This document shows, in pieces, positions 46,801-58,894 of a stretch of DNA of 64,000 nt (the first letter of the stretch is position 1; every line of letters begins with the position of its first letter). A program made the position numbers and the translations under genes. The DNA comes from Phaeosaccion multiseriatum. Lineage: Eukaryota > Protista > Ochrophyta, other classes. The notes below the pieces were generated by a model. It was not told the origin of the DNA and searched no databases. It worked only from the letters and a program-made list of their open reading frames with translations. The DNA lies in assembly GCA_965112735.1 (NCBI GenBank), contig OZ218963.1, positions 3,162,001-3,226,000 of the forward strand, in the 5' to 3' direction.

Positions 46801-49072
46801 CCCCATTTACCCAGTCTGAGCTCCATGGTCTGCTCCTTGTTGCTGCTGCTGCAGCTACTGATACTCCTCCTCCTCCTCCTCCTCCTCCTCCTCCTCCTCC
46901 TCCTCCTCCTCCTCCTCCTCCACCACCACCACCACCACCACCTCCTACTCCTACTCTACTGAAGATGCCTCCTCCGGACACTGGTGTGCAAGAAGCATCG
47001 CCCACAAGGGGCGCGGCTACCATGGCCTTTTCAATGGCCTTCACCCACTTCAGACACTCCACCGCGCTGCTCGCCTGCCACACCCGTCTGACATTCCCAA
47101 CGCTGATGGCGAACCTGTTGTTCATGTTGGCGCTGCTACTACTGCTGCTGCTGCTGCTGCCCCTACCGCGCTGCGGCGAGTAGTCCTTCGTCGTGCAGTC
47201 CAGAGAAGGACCAGAAGAGCCCGCTAGCCCTTGAAAACTCCCCTCCCAATCGTGCTCTCCCCCCCCTCTGCCGCGACTTGCCCCTCCTCCGCTCGTGCTC
47301 AATTCCACCTCTCCTCCTCCTCCTCCTCCTCCTCCTCCTCCTCCGCCTCCTCCTCCTCCTCCTCCTCCTCCGCCTCCTCCTCCTCCTCCTACCCCTGCTC
47401 CTCCTGCCCCCCCTCCTCCTCCTCCTCCTCCTCCTCCTCCGCCTCCTCCTCCTCCTCCTGCTCCTCCTCCTTCTCCTCCTCCTCCTTCTCCTCCTCCTTT
47501 TCCTCCTCCTCCTCCTCCTCCTCCTCCTCCTCCTCCTCCTCCTCCTCCTCCTCCTCCTCCTCCTCCTCCTCCTCCTCCTCCTCCTCCTCCTACCCCTGCT
47601 CCCCCTGCCCCTCCTCCTCCGTGCCCACTATTCAAGATTCCACCTATGCCCGATCCACTGCCACCGATGCCGCTTCTTCGAGGGGTTTGCTCCTGCCGAC
47701 TATTATTGTGCTGGTCTTCCAATACCATCTCCACTGTACATGCACCGACGTACAATTGAATTTCCTTATAGCTCCCTCTCCGTTTGGTGGAGGTAGAATG
47801 ATCCTCGTAGGCAAAGCACCCCATGCGGAGGCGCACGATTTTGGCCTTCCACCGATTGGCGTCTAACCTACCGAGGGCGTTCTTATGCGCCTTCATGAGC
47901 AAGCCACACCTCAGCACTGCCGGTGAAGAGCCATCTACTGCCTCCCCTCTCGGAAACGCCAACACAGTGGCGGCGTCTGCCGAGGAGGCCCACCCTCCTG
48001 CCAAGTCCTTGTCAAGGAGTTGGAAGGCGGCCAGGAGCAGTATCTCGCTATCTTGTTTCAAACTCTTGTACTCCTTCATGGACACCGTGCCAGTCTCGCC
48101 CTTGACACGCGCAACCCGTGCCCCTTCTCCCTCGAGTGCATCTGCGGTACCTGTAGCCTTTAAGGCTGCTGGTGCTGCAAAGGCCGGTGACGGCGGAGCG
48201 AGTTGCGGATTGAAACCTTCTACTTTGTCTTGATCGCTCCTTGCTGCTGACAAAGCCCCCCCGGCCGCTGCTCCTTGACCCACGGGGGAGTTCGGCGCTG
48301 ACGGCTTTCCAAATTCAGTCGACAAGATGTCCACAACAAGAACATCACTTCCCGGGCATGGCTGTGAAGCTCTACTACCACTATTATCCTGTCCTCCTCC
48401 TCCCTTCCCTCCCTTTCCACAACACTTCTCCTCGGCATCCCCTGGCCCATCTCCTCTCCCTTCCCGTAGAGGCACGGAGGTAGAGGGGCTCCAGTCGCCA
48501 TTCCACTCTGCACAAATTGCTTGCGTGCGCTGGTACTGTCGAAAGTCTTCCTCGTGGCCGCAGCACTCGCTGCTACTCCCTCCTGTAGAGTTACTACCAT
48601 CTGTATCATCAATGGCGTTGCCATTGACGTCACTATCACCGACTTCTTCCACTGTAAGGCTGTGTCTATCCCCTCCTCTTTCACAAATCCCCCCCCCCTG
48701 CTGCCCCCCCACACCCATCTGACGCCGACCACCCTCGCCTCCTCCCACCCCATGACTACTGGTAGACATACATTGCTCTGCTGGTCGTCTGCTGCTGCTG
48801 CTGCCGTCCTTGGAAGACTTGACGGCCTTCCTGCGGCTCACGAAGCTAGACACTGCGGAGTCAGTCGGGTCCAGGCGACCTCCCCCCTGCTGAGTCGAAC
48901 AAAGTGGACCAGTAGAGCTGCTGCTTCCTACTTTCCTTTTGCCTTTCACCGTTGTTGGGGTTCGTGCTATACAATCCGGCCGCGACATCGAGCTGGATTC
49001 AGCAGCAGCAGCCCCCGGTTCAGCCACGGCTTCAGGGTGGGGTAGGGAGGCCATACTCACCATCCCCAACAC
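43839..49072 (-). CDS. Large low-complexity protein with a poly-Gly-interrupted PH domain and an unassigned conserved-looking domain
   Basis: A 1382-codon ORF plus two downstream exons (about 44803-44329 and 44120-43839). PH: VLRCGLLMK...WKAKIVRLRMGCFAYED...IQL...RFAISVGNVRRVWQASSAVECLKWVKAIEKAM. Start uncertain. Confidence 0.75.
47311..47620. repeat. (CCT)n tract encoding poly-Gly on the minus strand (second tract at 46866-46945)
   Basis: Directly visible; stays in frame within the 44924-49072 ORF. Confidence 0.92.
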
Positions 49073-49314
49073 TCTACCCTGGTAAAGTAGCCATCGTTTT
49101 TACGCGTCTCTGACGCCCGATTCGCCCCCCCCTTTAAGGCAAGCTCCCTTCGTCTCACGCACTACGCTCGCTTCTACGATGCCCCACCTCCCTACACCCA
49201 CCCCCCCTGAAACGCATGAGCTACGAGATGGATTGTTAAAGGTGACGCCCCCCGGGATCTAGGGGGGAGATGAATACAAAAAATCTTAGGAGAGAAGGAG
49301 GAGGGAAGGCAAGC

Positions 49315-52175
49315 ATGGCGACCATTAATCCTGCAGTAAACAAGGAGGAAATCAAGGAGCTGGCCCAGGATGTGACGAAAACGACAAACTCTTGGGCTGA
49401 GGATGACGATTCCGATGAGGATGAGGAGGAGCTGCAAAGGTTGCGAGGGGAAGCCGAGAAGCGGCATGCCGCCGAGAGAGAGCGGCGGGAGGAGGAGGAG
49501 AGAAGGAAGCAGCAGGAGCTAAGAGAGCAGAATAAATGGCAAAGAGGCGGCCACTCTAGTATGGGTGGGGGAGGGCAGGATACGCGGAACAACAACATGG
49601 GGGGTGGAGGGGGGGGCGGATCGCGGGCTGGCATGAATGCTTTTGCGGGGAGGGAGAGGGGTGGAGGGGGAAGATTTCAGCAGCAGCAACATCAGCACCA
49701 GCACCAGGGCCCCTACGATGGTAGGGGAGGGAGCGATCGGGATGCGGGGGGAGGAGGAGGAGGAGGAGGGGGGGGGGGAGGAGGAGCACGAGCCAATTCG
49801 CACTGGCAGAAGAGGGCTAGTACTGCCGCCATGGGAACAGCTCAGCAGCTCCCAGATCGGGGGCCTTTCAAGGTGAGAGTCGCCCCCTCAGACGCACACC
49901 CTTCTCCTCCACTCTCTCTCGTCTTTCTTAAACGGACTGGCCATAGGAGGGGCATTGGCGTTTCTCTTCTCTCTCAAACCTTTCTTGTTTCCTTCTTAAC
50001 CTCTTTTTTTTGCTTTGTCAAGGGTTTCTTGATGCCTTGTCGTCTCTATTTCGCACTCCTGGCCCCGCCCCCCCCAAACCTCTCCCTCTCTCTCACGTAC
50101 GGTCGTCGCGCCTCTTACGTCCATCCCATTCACCCCGCTCTTCTTTGCCGCTCACCTGGCCCCGTTCTTTGCTCTTGTTCTACGACTTCCTTTTTCTTTT
50201 GTTATGGTGACATGTTTTGCGTCTTTTGCTTTGTCAGGCGTACGTGTCTGGTTTGGGCAGGGACGGACAGGAAAGGGAACTCGTAAGCTTCTTCGGGGAT
50301 GAGAATGTGCTTGACGCAGTGGTGGTGCGGGACAGAAGGGATAACACTGGCCAGGTGAGTGATTCAGTGAGGCAGGGCACTGCTGGGGCTCGGAGGGCTA
50401 GTTCCTTCCCGAGTGCAGACAGACTACGAGTGCTTACGGGCTTTCCTGCTGTCCACCACCCAGCTCTCGCTCCTTTTTTTCATCCGCTCGGAACTCCCCC
50501 CCCCCCTCCCGCTTCCCCTCCCACGCACCCCCTCTTGTGACTTTCCCTTTTCATACAGGGCCACGCCTATGTGACATTCAAAACCCGCAATGCCCTGCAA
50601 GAAGCGCTTGCATGTACTGGGAAACTCCTCCACGATAAGCCAGTGAAAGTAGAAGTTGCCAAGGGCGATCAACGAGAAGAACAAGGAGGAAGAGGCGGAG
50701 GGTTCGGCGGGGGAGGGGGCGATAGGGGTTTCAGCAGGGGAGGAGGAGGATTCGATGGAGGGGGTGGGGGAGGGGGAGGTGGCCCCCCAAAGGAAAGGAA
50801 GAAGCTTGTCCTCAAGCCTAGAGGGGCTCCGTCGAAAGGGGAGAGTGATCCTAGGGATGGGACTACGAGTGGGACTAGAGAAGGCAGCACAGTTGAAGGA
50901 GAAGGCGCCGGCGCAGCACCAGCAGCAGCAGCCGCCGCACAGGAGAAGGAGAAGGCAAAGGTGGAGAAGAAGCCATCCACGAGCAGAGCTTCCATATTTG
51001 GCACGGGCAAGGCGCAGGACCTGAAGGAGTACGCCAAGAAGCACGAAAAGGAGGAGGTCAACCAACGAGGAGGGAAAGTTATCAAGACAAGACCAAGGAT
51101 TGAGAATTCCAATCGCGCAAGGGCCTCGTCGGGTACTTCCTCCGTGTCCTCTGCCAGTAGCAGCCATGGGGGGAGAAAGTCGCCTTCGGACGGTGCTGGA
51201 GGAGGGAAAGGAGCAGGGGAGGGTGGACCGAAAGTGTTAGATCGCAACGCTAGCAGCAGTGGTGGTTCGCCTGCAGCAGCTGCCGTGCCGTTACAGTCGA
51301 TGATGAAGGGCAAAGAGACGTCTGGCTCTGCCGCCAACCCCCCCCCTCCGCCGCAGGAGAAGGAACAGACCACGGATGATGTTGGGTGGATGGGAAAAGG
51401 CACGGGTAAAGGATCGCGCGGAAAGCAGCCGCAACAGCAACAGCAACAACAGCAGCATCAGCAGTCTTCCAGGGCAGCCAAGACTGGCAGCGCAGGTGCG
51501 AAGGACACGAAGGCACGGGACAAGAAGCAGGGGGGTGGTGCTGGTGCTGGTGGTGCTGGTGCTGGTGGAGGAGGATGTGGAGGAGGAGGAGGAGGAGGAG
51601 GAGGAGGAGGAGGAGGAGGAGGAGGAGGCACTCAAGGGAGAGAAGGAGCGGCGACCACTGGGGCGGTGGCGGGGAAAGCCGGTGTGTCGAGGGGTGGCAA
51701 GGTGGCCAGCAGAAGTGCCACGGGAACCAAACCAGGTGGCGGACAAGGCGACAGGAAAGAAGTGAACAAAGAGCCGGCTAAGGCGAAGGGAGCCACTCCT
51801 ATTTCAGCCGATACACCTGCTGCCGCTGCGGCTGCTCCTAGCACAGTGCCCACCGCAGCACCGGTACGTAAGCGTTTGTAGCAGTGACTTGTCTTGTCGA
51901 GGGAGGGGGGGAGCTCAGGAAGGGAAGGGTACGGCGCGGAAGGACATTGCCCTTACTCATTGGCTTACCGTACCAAGAGGTGGTCGCCTCTGCCGTCTCC
52001 TGTGCTGTTTGCTAACGGCGTTCCCAATGCTTCGAGGCGACGAAACACGCGGCCTAAGACACGTGCAAATTCTCTCGCTGTGATGCTGTGCCATTCCTCC
52101 CTGCGGCAGGCTGTTGTGAACCAGTTTGATGTGTTGGGCGTCGATGACGATTCCGACGACGACGAGACGGCTTGA
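49315..52175 (+). CDS. eIF4B/eIF4H-like RRM protein
   Basis: SWAEDDD; LPDRGPFK/AYVSGL...VRDRRDNTGQ/GHAYVTF...LQEAL...VKVEVA; ERKKLVLKPR; SIFGTGKA; C-terminal NQFDVL. These match eIF4B-type motifs. Confidence 0.82.
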
Positions 52176-52577
52176 TGGAGGGAGCCACACTTGCGCCCCC
52201 TTCCATTGGCTTGGCTTGGGGAGAAGAGGTGGGAGGACGGGCGAGTAGAGAGGCGTAGAGGCGGGACCGGTAAAAAAAACAACATGCGAACTCCAACTCT
52301 TCGTCTTGGGTGCCATGAAACTGGCACGGAAATGAGTACAGTCAGGGAAAGGTTTCCGCGACGATCGGATCTGCTCGAATACCTTCAAGAAAACACCCGA
52401 TAACAAAATTGAGGGAAGATGGGGTGTGAGCAACAATAAGGCATCAGGGAGAGCAGACAGCGTCGGCCTCGGTCGAGAGAGGGCCTAGTGCAAGCCACTC
52501 AACAGTCCATGTATTTAGGGACTCCTGCCGTAGAGGAAGGTGCATGTTGAGTTGCGCGGGAAAAGAGCAGCAGGAGA

Positions 52578-52613
<36 letters not shown>

Positions 52614-52705
52614 CTTACCACAGACAGTAGGCTGAATTGAAAGGGAATAAGGAACGACTTTCTCACTGTGCATACCGCGTAGAGCTCACTTGCAAGGAGG
52701 AGAAC

Positions 52706-53177
52706 ATGGCGGAACCGACGGAGGCAGAAGCACTCCCAAAAGACAAGAAGGAGGAGGGAGGAGAGGGAAAGGTAAAGGAGAAGGATAACGTGTCCGGGGA
52801 AAGCGCTAGTACTGTGTCGGAAGGTGATGTGTCGAAGAGGACGGAGCAGGGGGCGAGCAGAGCAACAGCAGCGGCAACACCACCACCACCCCCTGAAGGA
52901 GAAGGGGAGAGTAGTGCCATGCCCAGCAAGGAAGCCGAAGAGGAGCTTGGTTCTACTGCTGGCGCGGCTACTGACGACAGTGGTGATGCTGCCCCTGCTG
53001 CTGCTGGACAGGGTGCAGAATCTCTCTCCTCGGCGTCGGCAAGGTCCGCAGCTGAGGTGGACTGCAAAACACTGTGGATGGGCGACATACAGGTAGGTGC
53101 GGTATGACTGTACGTGAGCCTCCTTTCTTCGCCCTACCTTCTTTCCGCTCCCCCACCCCCTGCCGTCCCCCTTTCGC

Positions 53178-53214
<37 letters not shown>

Positions 53215-54391
53215 GGTTGTGTGTGTGTCCCAGCCAACCTGGGATGAGGCGTTCGTCGGCAACCTATTTGCGAGTCATGGTGAGTTCTTTCCTGGGTTTT
53301 GATTGAGTGGCCAGCAACAAAGTGTATCTTCAGCACGCGTGGGGCATATTTCTTGCGCTGTGGTGCATGTAGAGGGGCCGGATACCAAAGCGATTGTCAG
53401 ATGCCAGCAGCCCCCCGGATTCGTCTGGCCCTGCTCCTCGCTTCACACTCACTCACATACAAAGCCTTTCTCTCTCTCTCTTTCTCCCCACCCGACCGGC
53501 AGGGGCGAGTGAAGTCGACGTCAAGCTCATTCGAGATCGCCAGAGCGGTCTACCCGCTGGCTATGGCTTTCTGGACTTTCCCACCAACGCGGAGGCGGAG
53601 GATGCCCTGGAGAATATCAACGGGAAGCCCATTGAGGGCACAGCGTTGAAGTGAGTAGTGAGCCCCCTTTTTATTCTCTGGAACTGACCGGGTGGAGAGG
53701 AAGGGCGAGTAGCAGTAGCAGCAGCCGCAGTGATGAGAGGGGGAGGGGACAACTCGCAGCCTCGCGCCGTCCTTCTCTGCCTCCCTACTTGATGCTCTAT
53801 GCTCACCCTCTCTCTTTCCCACTCTATCCTTACAGATTTCGGCTCAATTGGGGCGCAGGAGGCAAGCGCGTGGAGCAACCGCAAGAGTTCAGTGTGTTTG
53901 TGGGCGACCTCGCTCCCGATATCACGGACGAGCGTTTGCGCGCCTTGTTTGCCGAAAAGTTTGAGACCGTCTTGGGTGCGAAAGTCGTCACCAATCAGGT
54001 AGGAAGAAGCTGGGTGGGGAGGGGGGTTACTGCCCATGTGTTGCTACTCGGTTCCATGTCCTCGCCTTGTTCTGCCGCTCTCTCTCTCTCCTCTCCTTGT
54101 TCCTCTCCTTTGTGGACCAGAGGCGTATGTCGACCTCGCTCAGCCCCTCACACGCGTGCACGCCTTGTCTCCTTCCTGGTGCTCTCTCTCTCCCTTGCCG
54201 ACTCTGACGGGGGCGGCCTCCAATCCAGGCCACGGGCATTAGCAAGGGCTTTGGATTCGTTCGCTTCGGGAGCGAAGAGGAGGGAGAGAAGGCCCTGGAG
54301 ACGATGGACGGAGCTGTTTGCGGGAATCGACCAATGAGGTACGTGCAGATGTCCGTCCTATCTCAGAATGGGGCCTCAGTTTTTTCGGCGG

Positions 54392-54425
<34 letters not shown>

Positions 54426-55298
54426 GCCTCCAGTTTCCCTCCTCCCCCCTCATCGCCTTCAATGCCACCACACTTGTCTTTCGCCAACAAAACCTGTCCG
54501 CAGAGTGGCAGAGGCAACAAAGAGGACTGCGAGAGGAAGGTCAGCAACTGCTCGTGGAGGAGGAGGCGGAGGGGGGGGATCGACATCTTCAGCAGTCGAC
54601 CCCGCAGAGGACAGTCAAAACCGCACTGTCTTTGTGGGGGGCATCAACGCTGCCGTCACTGAGAACACTCTCCGAGCGGCCTTTGCCCATGCGGGCGAGA
54701 TCATTTCGGTCAAGACGCCCCCCGGGAGAGGCTGTGGTTTTGTCAACTTCGCCCAGCGAGCCAGCGCAGAGTCCGTCATCAACTCCATGCAAGGAATGGA
54801 GATTGCCGGATGTCAGGTATGTATGTGTGTGTGTGTGGATGGCTCGCTGGGCTTGGCTGTGCTTGCCTTCCATTTATAAGCGCAGAGCTGATGGTGTGAG
54901 GACCGTTACCTCTGATGGGAGGAAGAGAGGGCCACACGTAATTTCCTTCTTGTCTTACTTGATTAATTGTTTCTCTCTCCCCAACTCAGATTCGATTGTC
55001 GTGGGGAAGAACCAGCAGCCGCATGGGGGGCAATCGAGGAGGCGGGGCGAGCGCATCGGTAGGGCCCCACGGAGGCGGCTTGTATGGCCACATGGGTGTC
55101 GGGGGTGGGGGAGGAGTAGTAGGCTACGGAGGAGCAGCAGGTGGTGCGTCCGGGGCCCAGCAACAGCAAGGGTTTTACGGTCAGTACGGAGACGGGGGCT
55201 ACGCTCATCAAATTTACGGGGGGCCAGCGGCCGCAATGGCGTACGCGACGGTAGGTCAGCAATACGCGCCAGCAGCAGGCGGCCAGTTGCTGTTCGGT

Positions 55299-55332
<34 letters not shown>

Positions 55333-55898
55333 TGGGCCAAGGGCAGCAACCAGTGGGAGGAGGAGGAAGCGGGGGCTACGGTGGCGCTGGAGGACTGTCA
55401 GGAGCCGAAGCATCCTCCGCCGGAGCGGGAGTCGGAGTCGCCCCTTACGCTAGCCAACCTGCCAGTGCGGGAGGCAGCGCTTCCTACCACACTCCCCAAC
55501 AGGCCGCGGCCGCAGCGGCTTACCAACAACAACAGTATTACGCCACGCAGTACGCCATGCAGTATGGCCATGCACCTGCTGCCGGCGGCTATGGCTACCC
55601 TCAAGTGGCGGCGCAGGCTGGGGACGCTTCTGCTGGGATAGGACCAAGGACTCCCGGATCGGGCGGAGTCGCTGTCGGTGATCTTGGAGCAGCTCAGGGG
55701 CTTCATCAACGAGCGGGGGCTTACCAACAGCAGCAGCAGCAGCAGCAACAGGTAGATCAACTGGGAGGTCTGGTGCGCCAGATGGGTGTGCAAGCGGAAG
55801 GCGGCGGTGGTGGCAGGAGGGGGGGGGGAGGGGGCGCGAGAGGGGGAGGGGGACGGGCGGCGCAGCAACAGCAGGGGGGCGGAATAGAGAAGGGCTAG
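52706..55898 (+). CDS. Triple-RRM protein of the RBP45/RBP47/Nam8/TRNAU1AP family
   Basis: KTLWMGDIQ/PTWDE, VKLIRDRQSGLPAGYGFLDF, FRLNWG, FSVFVGDLAPDITDE, SKGFGFVRF, NRTVFVGGI, GRGCGFVNF, IRLSWGR; Q/G/Y-rich tail. Confidence 0.92.
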
Positions 55899-57228
55899 TG
55901 CCCTATTGTACCTCCCCATCTCTGGTTGGCACACGCATCATATTCATCGCAATAGATGGTTTTATGATTTCTTTTGGTGGGAAAGAAATGAGTGTATGTA
56001 AGATAATTAATTGGACACGGTGGGGGGCAATTTAATGCCGGGGCGACAGAAAGAGTTGAATGCTTGCTGATGCCGAAGGCGGCGGTGCTGTTCCAGCGGA
56101 GGGCCGGGGTGCAGAGAAAGGGGGAAGAGATGCATGAAGTCCGTATTTACACTCCGATCATGTTGTATCGGGAGAGCCTTTAATATAATGATGTAATGAT
56201 GATATTTGGAAAGATGGAAAGCTAATATCAATCGATTAAACCACAGAATGGTCCAAGGGTGGGGGGGCTGATGAGGCTGATCTGATCGTACGTGGTAGAC
56301 CTTTCTTGCAGCTTTCTTGCAGCAGTCCGACTGGGTGGGTCGGAGCAGACGAGTAAAAAAAAAGTGCCTGGATATGCCTTGCTTCATCACGCTACTCCAA
56401 GCGCCCTACGTGGACTTGCAGCAGTCCTGAGTTGCTTGGATAGCTTGGCGGCCATGGTGACTGCGGGCATTGCTGTCGCCCTGAAGCGGCTTTGCTGCAG
56501 GGTCTGGCCTCCACCCCTGCGATGGTAGTGCCGGCTAGACTGCGACCCTAGGTGATGCAGAAGGGGGTGAGGGCAGGAGGGAGGGACGAAGGAGGAAGGA
56601 AGGAAGGGATAAGAGTTTTCACTCTCTGACTAGTACCACCGCGTAAGTAAGCCCAGGCGCAGCACAGCAACACCGAGTCCAAGAGCGAGGACACACAAAA
56701 ACACATACACACAACCTCTCTTACACACCAAGCCGGAAACAACCCGTAACACACACACACCTGGGCCTTGAGCTCTCCCGGATGCTTCTCCTCCTCCAGC
56801 ACCATGGTGGCGGCTCCTCGCACCGTCTGTATTGGGCTGGAAAAGATTAGCCCTCTTGGGCTCCTTCGATCTCCTCTTCTTCTTGCTTCGCTCGTGCCCC
56901 CCCAGCCCCCACATGCTTCTCCGGCACCTCAAATGCCACCCCCACCGCAGAGAGCAATAGCTGCTCTATTTCCTTTCCGTGTCTGTCCCCTTTCCACCCG
57001 TGGCCATGCCCAATGTCGGCATTGGAGAAGGATGCCCCTTCCCATAGAGCATCATAGAGGCTGGCTTGAGTTGAAGTGGTTGGCCCATGCCGTCCGCGAC
57101 CGCGCGACCACTCTGGTTAGCACTACTGGCCAATACGATGCGATGAGAAAGAAAAGGAAGGAAACCCTTGAGGGATTATACATGTTACACCCTCAAGTCA
57201 TCAGTAAGTCATGATGAAGGTGATCATA

Positions 57229-58606
57229 GCTGGAGCGCCACGGCCAATCGTCCAAACAGCTCTCGCATAAGCCCTCATGTCCAGATGTTCGTGCCCCCCA
57301 GCCATGTGGGTGGCGAGTGTTTTAATAAACACCTGGGCAGAAGGACCAAATACGCCTTGCTGTTCCATCCCAAAAGGGACGAGATGGTACCTCGTGGGGT
57401 CATAATGGATGTCTCCACCCTGGCCTTCCATGCCTTCCAGTGGCACCCCATACTTGGTGCGCTTGGTTGCTTCAGCCTTCTTGGCTGCCGCGAGTGCCTC
57501 CTTCGATGCCTTGGCCCTACAGTTGTCTAAAAGCAATGGCTCACCACCCCGGGGAACTTAGCCCCCGAGGTCGTATCCCTCCGATGCGTCAGTTCTCCCG
57601 ATTGGCATAAAGTTGATGCCAGCCAGGATCCTGTGGCGAATCGATCTTTCGTGTCGAGCCCGCTGGAGCGCAACGGCTAAACGCCGCCGAATGACGCAAA
57701 CAGCCCTCGCATAAGCCCTCATGTCCAGATGTTCGTGCCCCCCAGCCATGTGGGTGGTGAGTGTTTTGATAAACATCTGTGCTGACGGACCAAATGCACC
57801 TTGCTGCTCCATCCCAAAAGGGACGAGATGATACCTCGTAGGGTCATAGTGGATGTCTCCACCCTGGCCCTCCATGCCTCCATGTGGCACACCATACCTG
57901 GTGCGCTTGGTTGCTTCAGCCTTCTTGGCTGCCGCGAGTGCCTCCTTCGATGCCTTGGCCCGATTGGTAATGTTGGTGGCATCCGTGAGCGTGACGTCGA
58001 TCATGAGGGACTTGTGGCCGTCCCCATATTCATGGTCGGATGGAAGCTCAAACATCCTGGGGGGAGTCACGATGTCCCATCTCCATCTGCTTGGCCACGT
58101 GGGCGTCACCCCTCACGGCGTTGCTCCCCCCGATCTCCCCCCTCTCCCTCGTCGTGGGGTGACCGTTCTTGCCCTCATGAAGAAGGGGAAGCTGGTGTTC
58201 TGTACGATCCCTCTGCCCAGGCCCTCGCTCTTCATCAGGGCGACAAGTGCCTTCTGCAGAGCATCGTGTTGGGGTGTGCTGAGCCCCGTCTTCGTACAGG
58301 TGATGATGTGCCCCTCCGTCAGCGCCTTGCCAGGGCACTTATGGCAATCCCTGCTGTAGGTGGGGTCGATGCCCAGTCTTCGCCGAATGGCACTCTTATG
58401 CTCGGCGTCCGTGAGGTGGAGTGCTCCACCTGCCTTCTTGGTCGGCTGGAGATGGAGCCACGCACCAGCACCCTTCACGCTGTGGCTGAGGGCTCTGGCC
58501 AGGCACTTCTCCCGTTCGTCCTGCTGTGGGATCGCTTTCAGGCGTTCCAAAAAGTCTGTCCTCGCCTTCGACGTGAGCTTGGTAAAGCGCTTCTGGGCGC
58601 CCCGGT
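57229..58606 (-). mobile_element. 5'-truncated CRE-like (RLE-class) non-LTR retrotransposon fragment with tandem partial duplication
   Basis: GAWLHLQP...HKSAIRRRLG; zinc knuckle CHKC-x7-H-x3-C; QHD; WDIV...IDVT...EATKRTRY; LVPFGMEQQGAFG; LAVALQR. Frameshift near 58113; about 57229-57517 repeats the endonuclease segment; no RT domain. Confidence 0.88.
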
Positions 58607-58894
58607 GTATATATGTGTATTTGTGTGTATTTCAAAAGTATCCTGGGGAGGTTGGTGCTTCGAGTCACAGATGGGTATTCGACCCGATCGGAGGATGTGA
58701 TATGATGATGTGGTCCTAGAAGTCAATGAAATTTCGCGACCGCGCCCTTATTGATTAGGGGAGTGGGGCTTGACGTTATCCATCAGAGAGTGTCCGCCTA
58801 TAGTATATGCGCTATATGAAGGCTTTTATCAAACGGAAATCACTGGATTTTCATGCTTCCTTCAAAATTCCCTTGTCCACTACAGTAAATCAAT

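Noticed and set aside
56400-57020. Possible small two-exon minus-strand gene
   Set aside because: Splice-like signals are present, but no consistent reading frame or motif.
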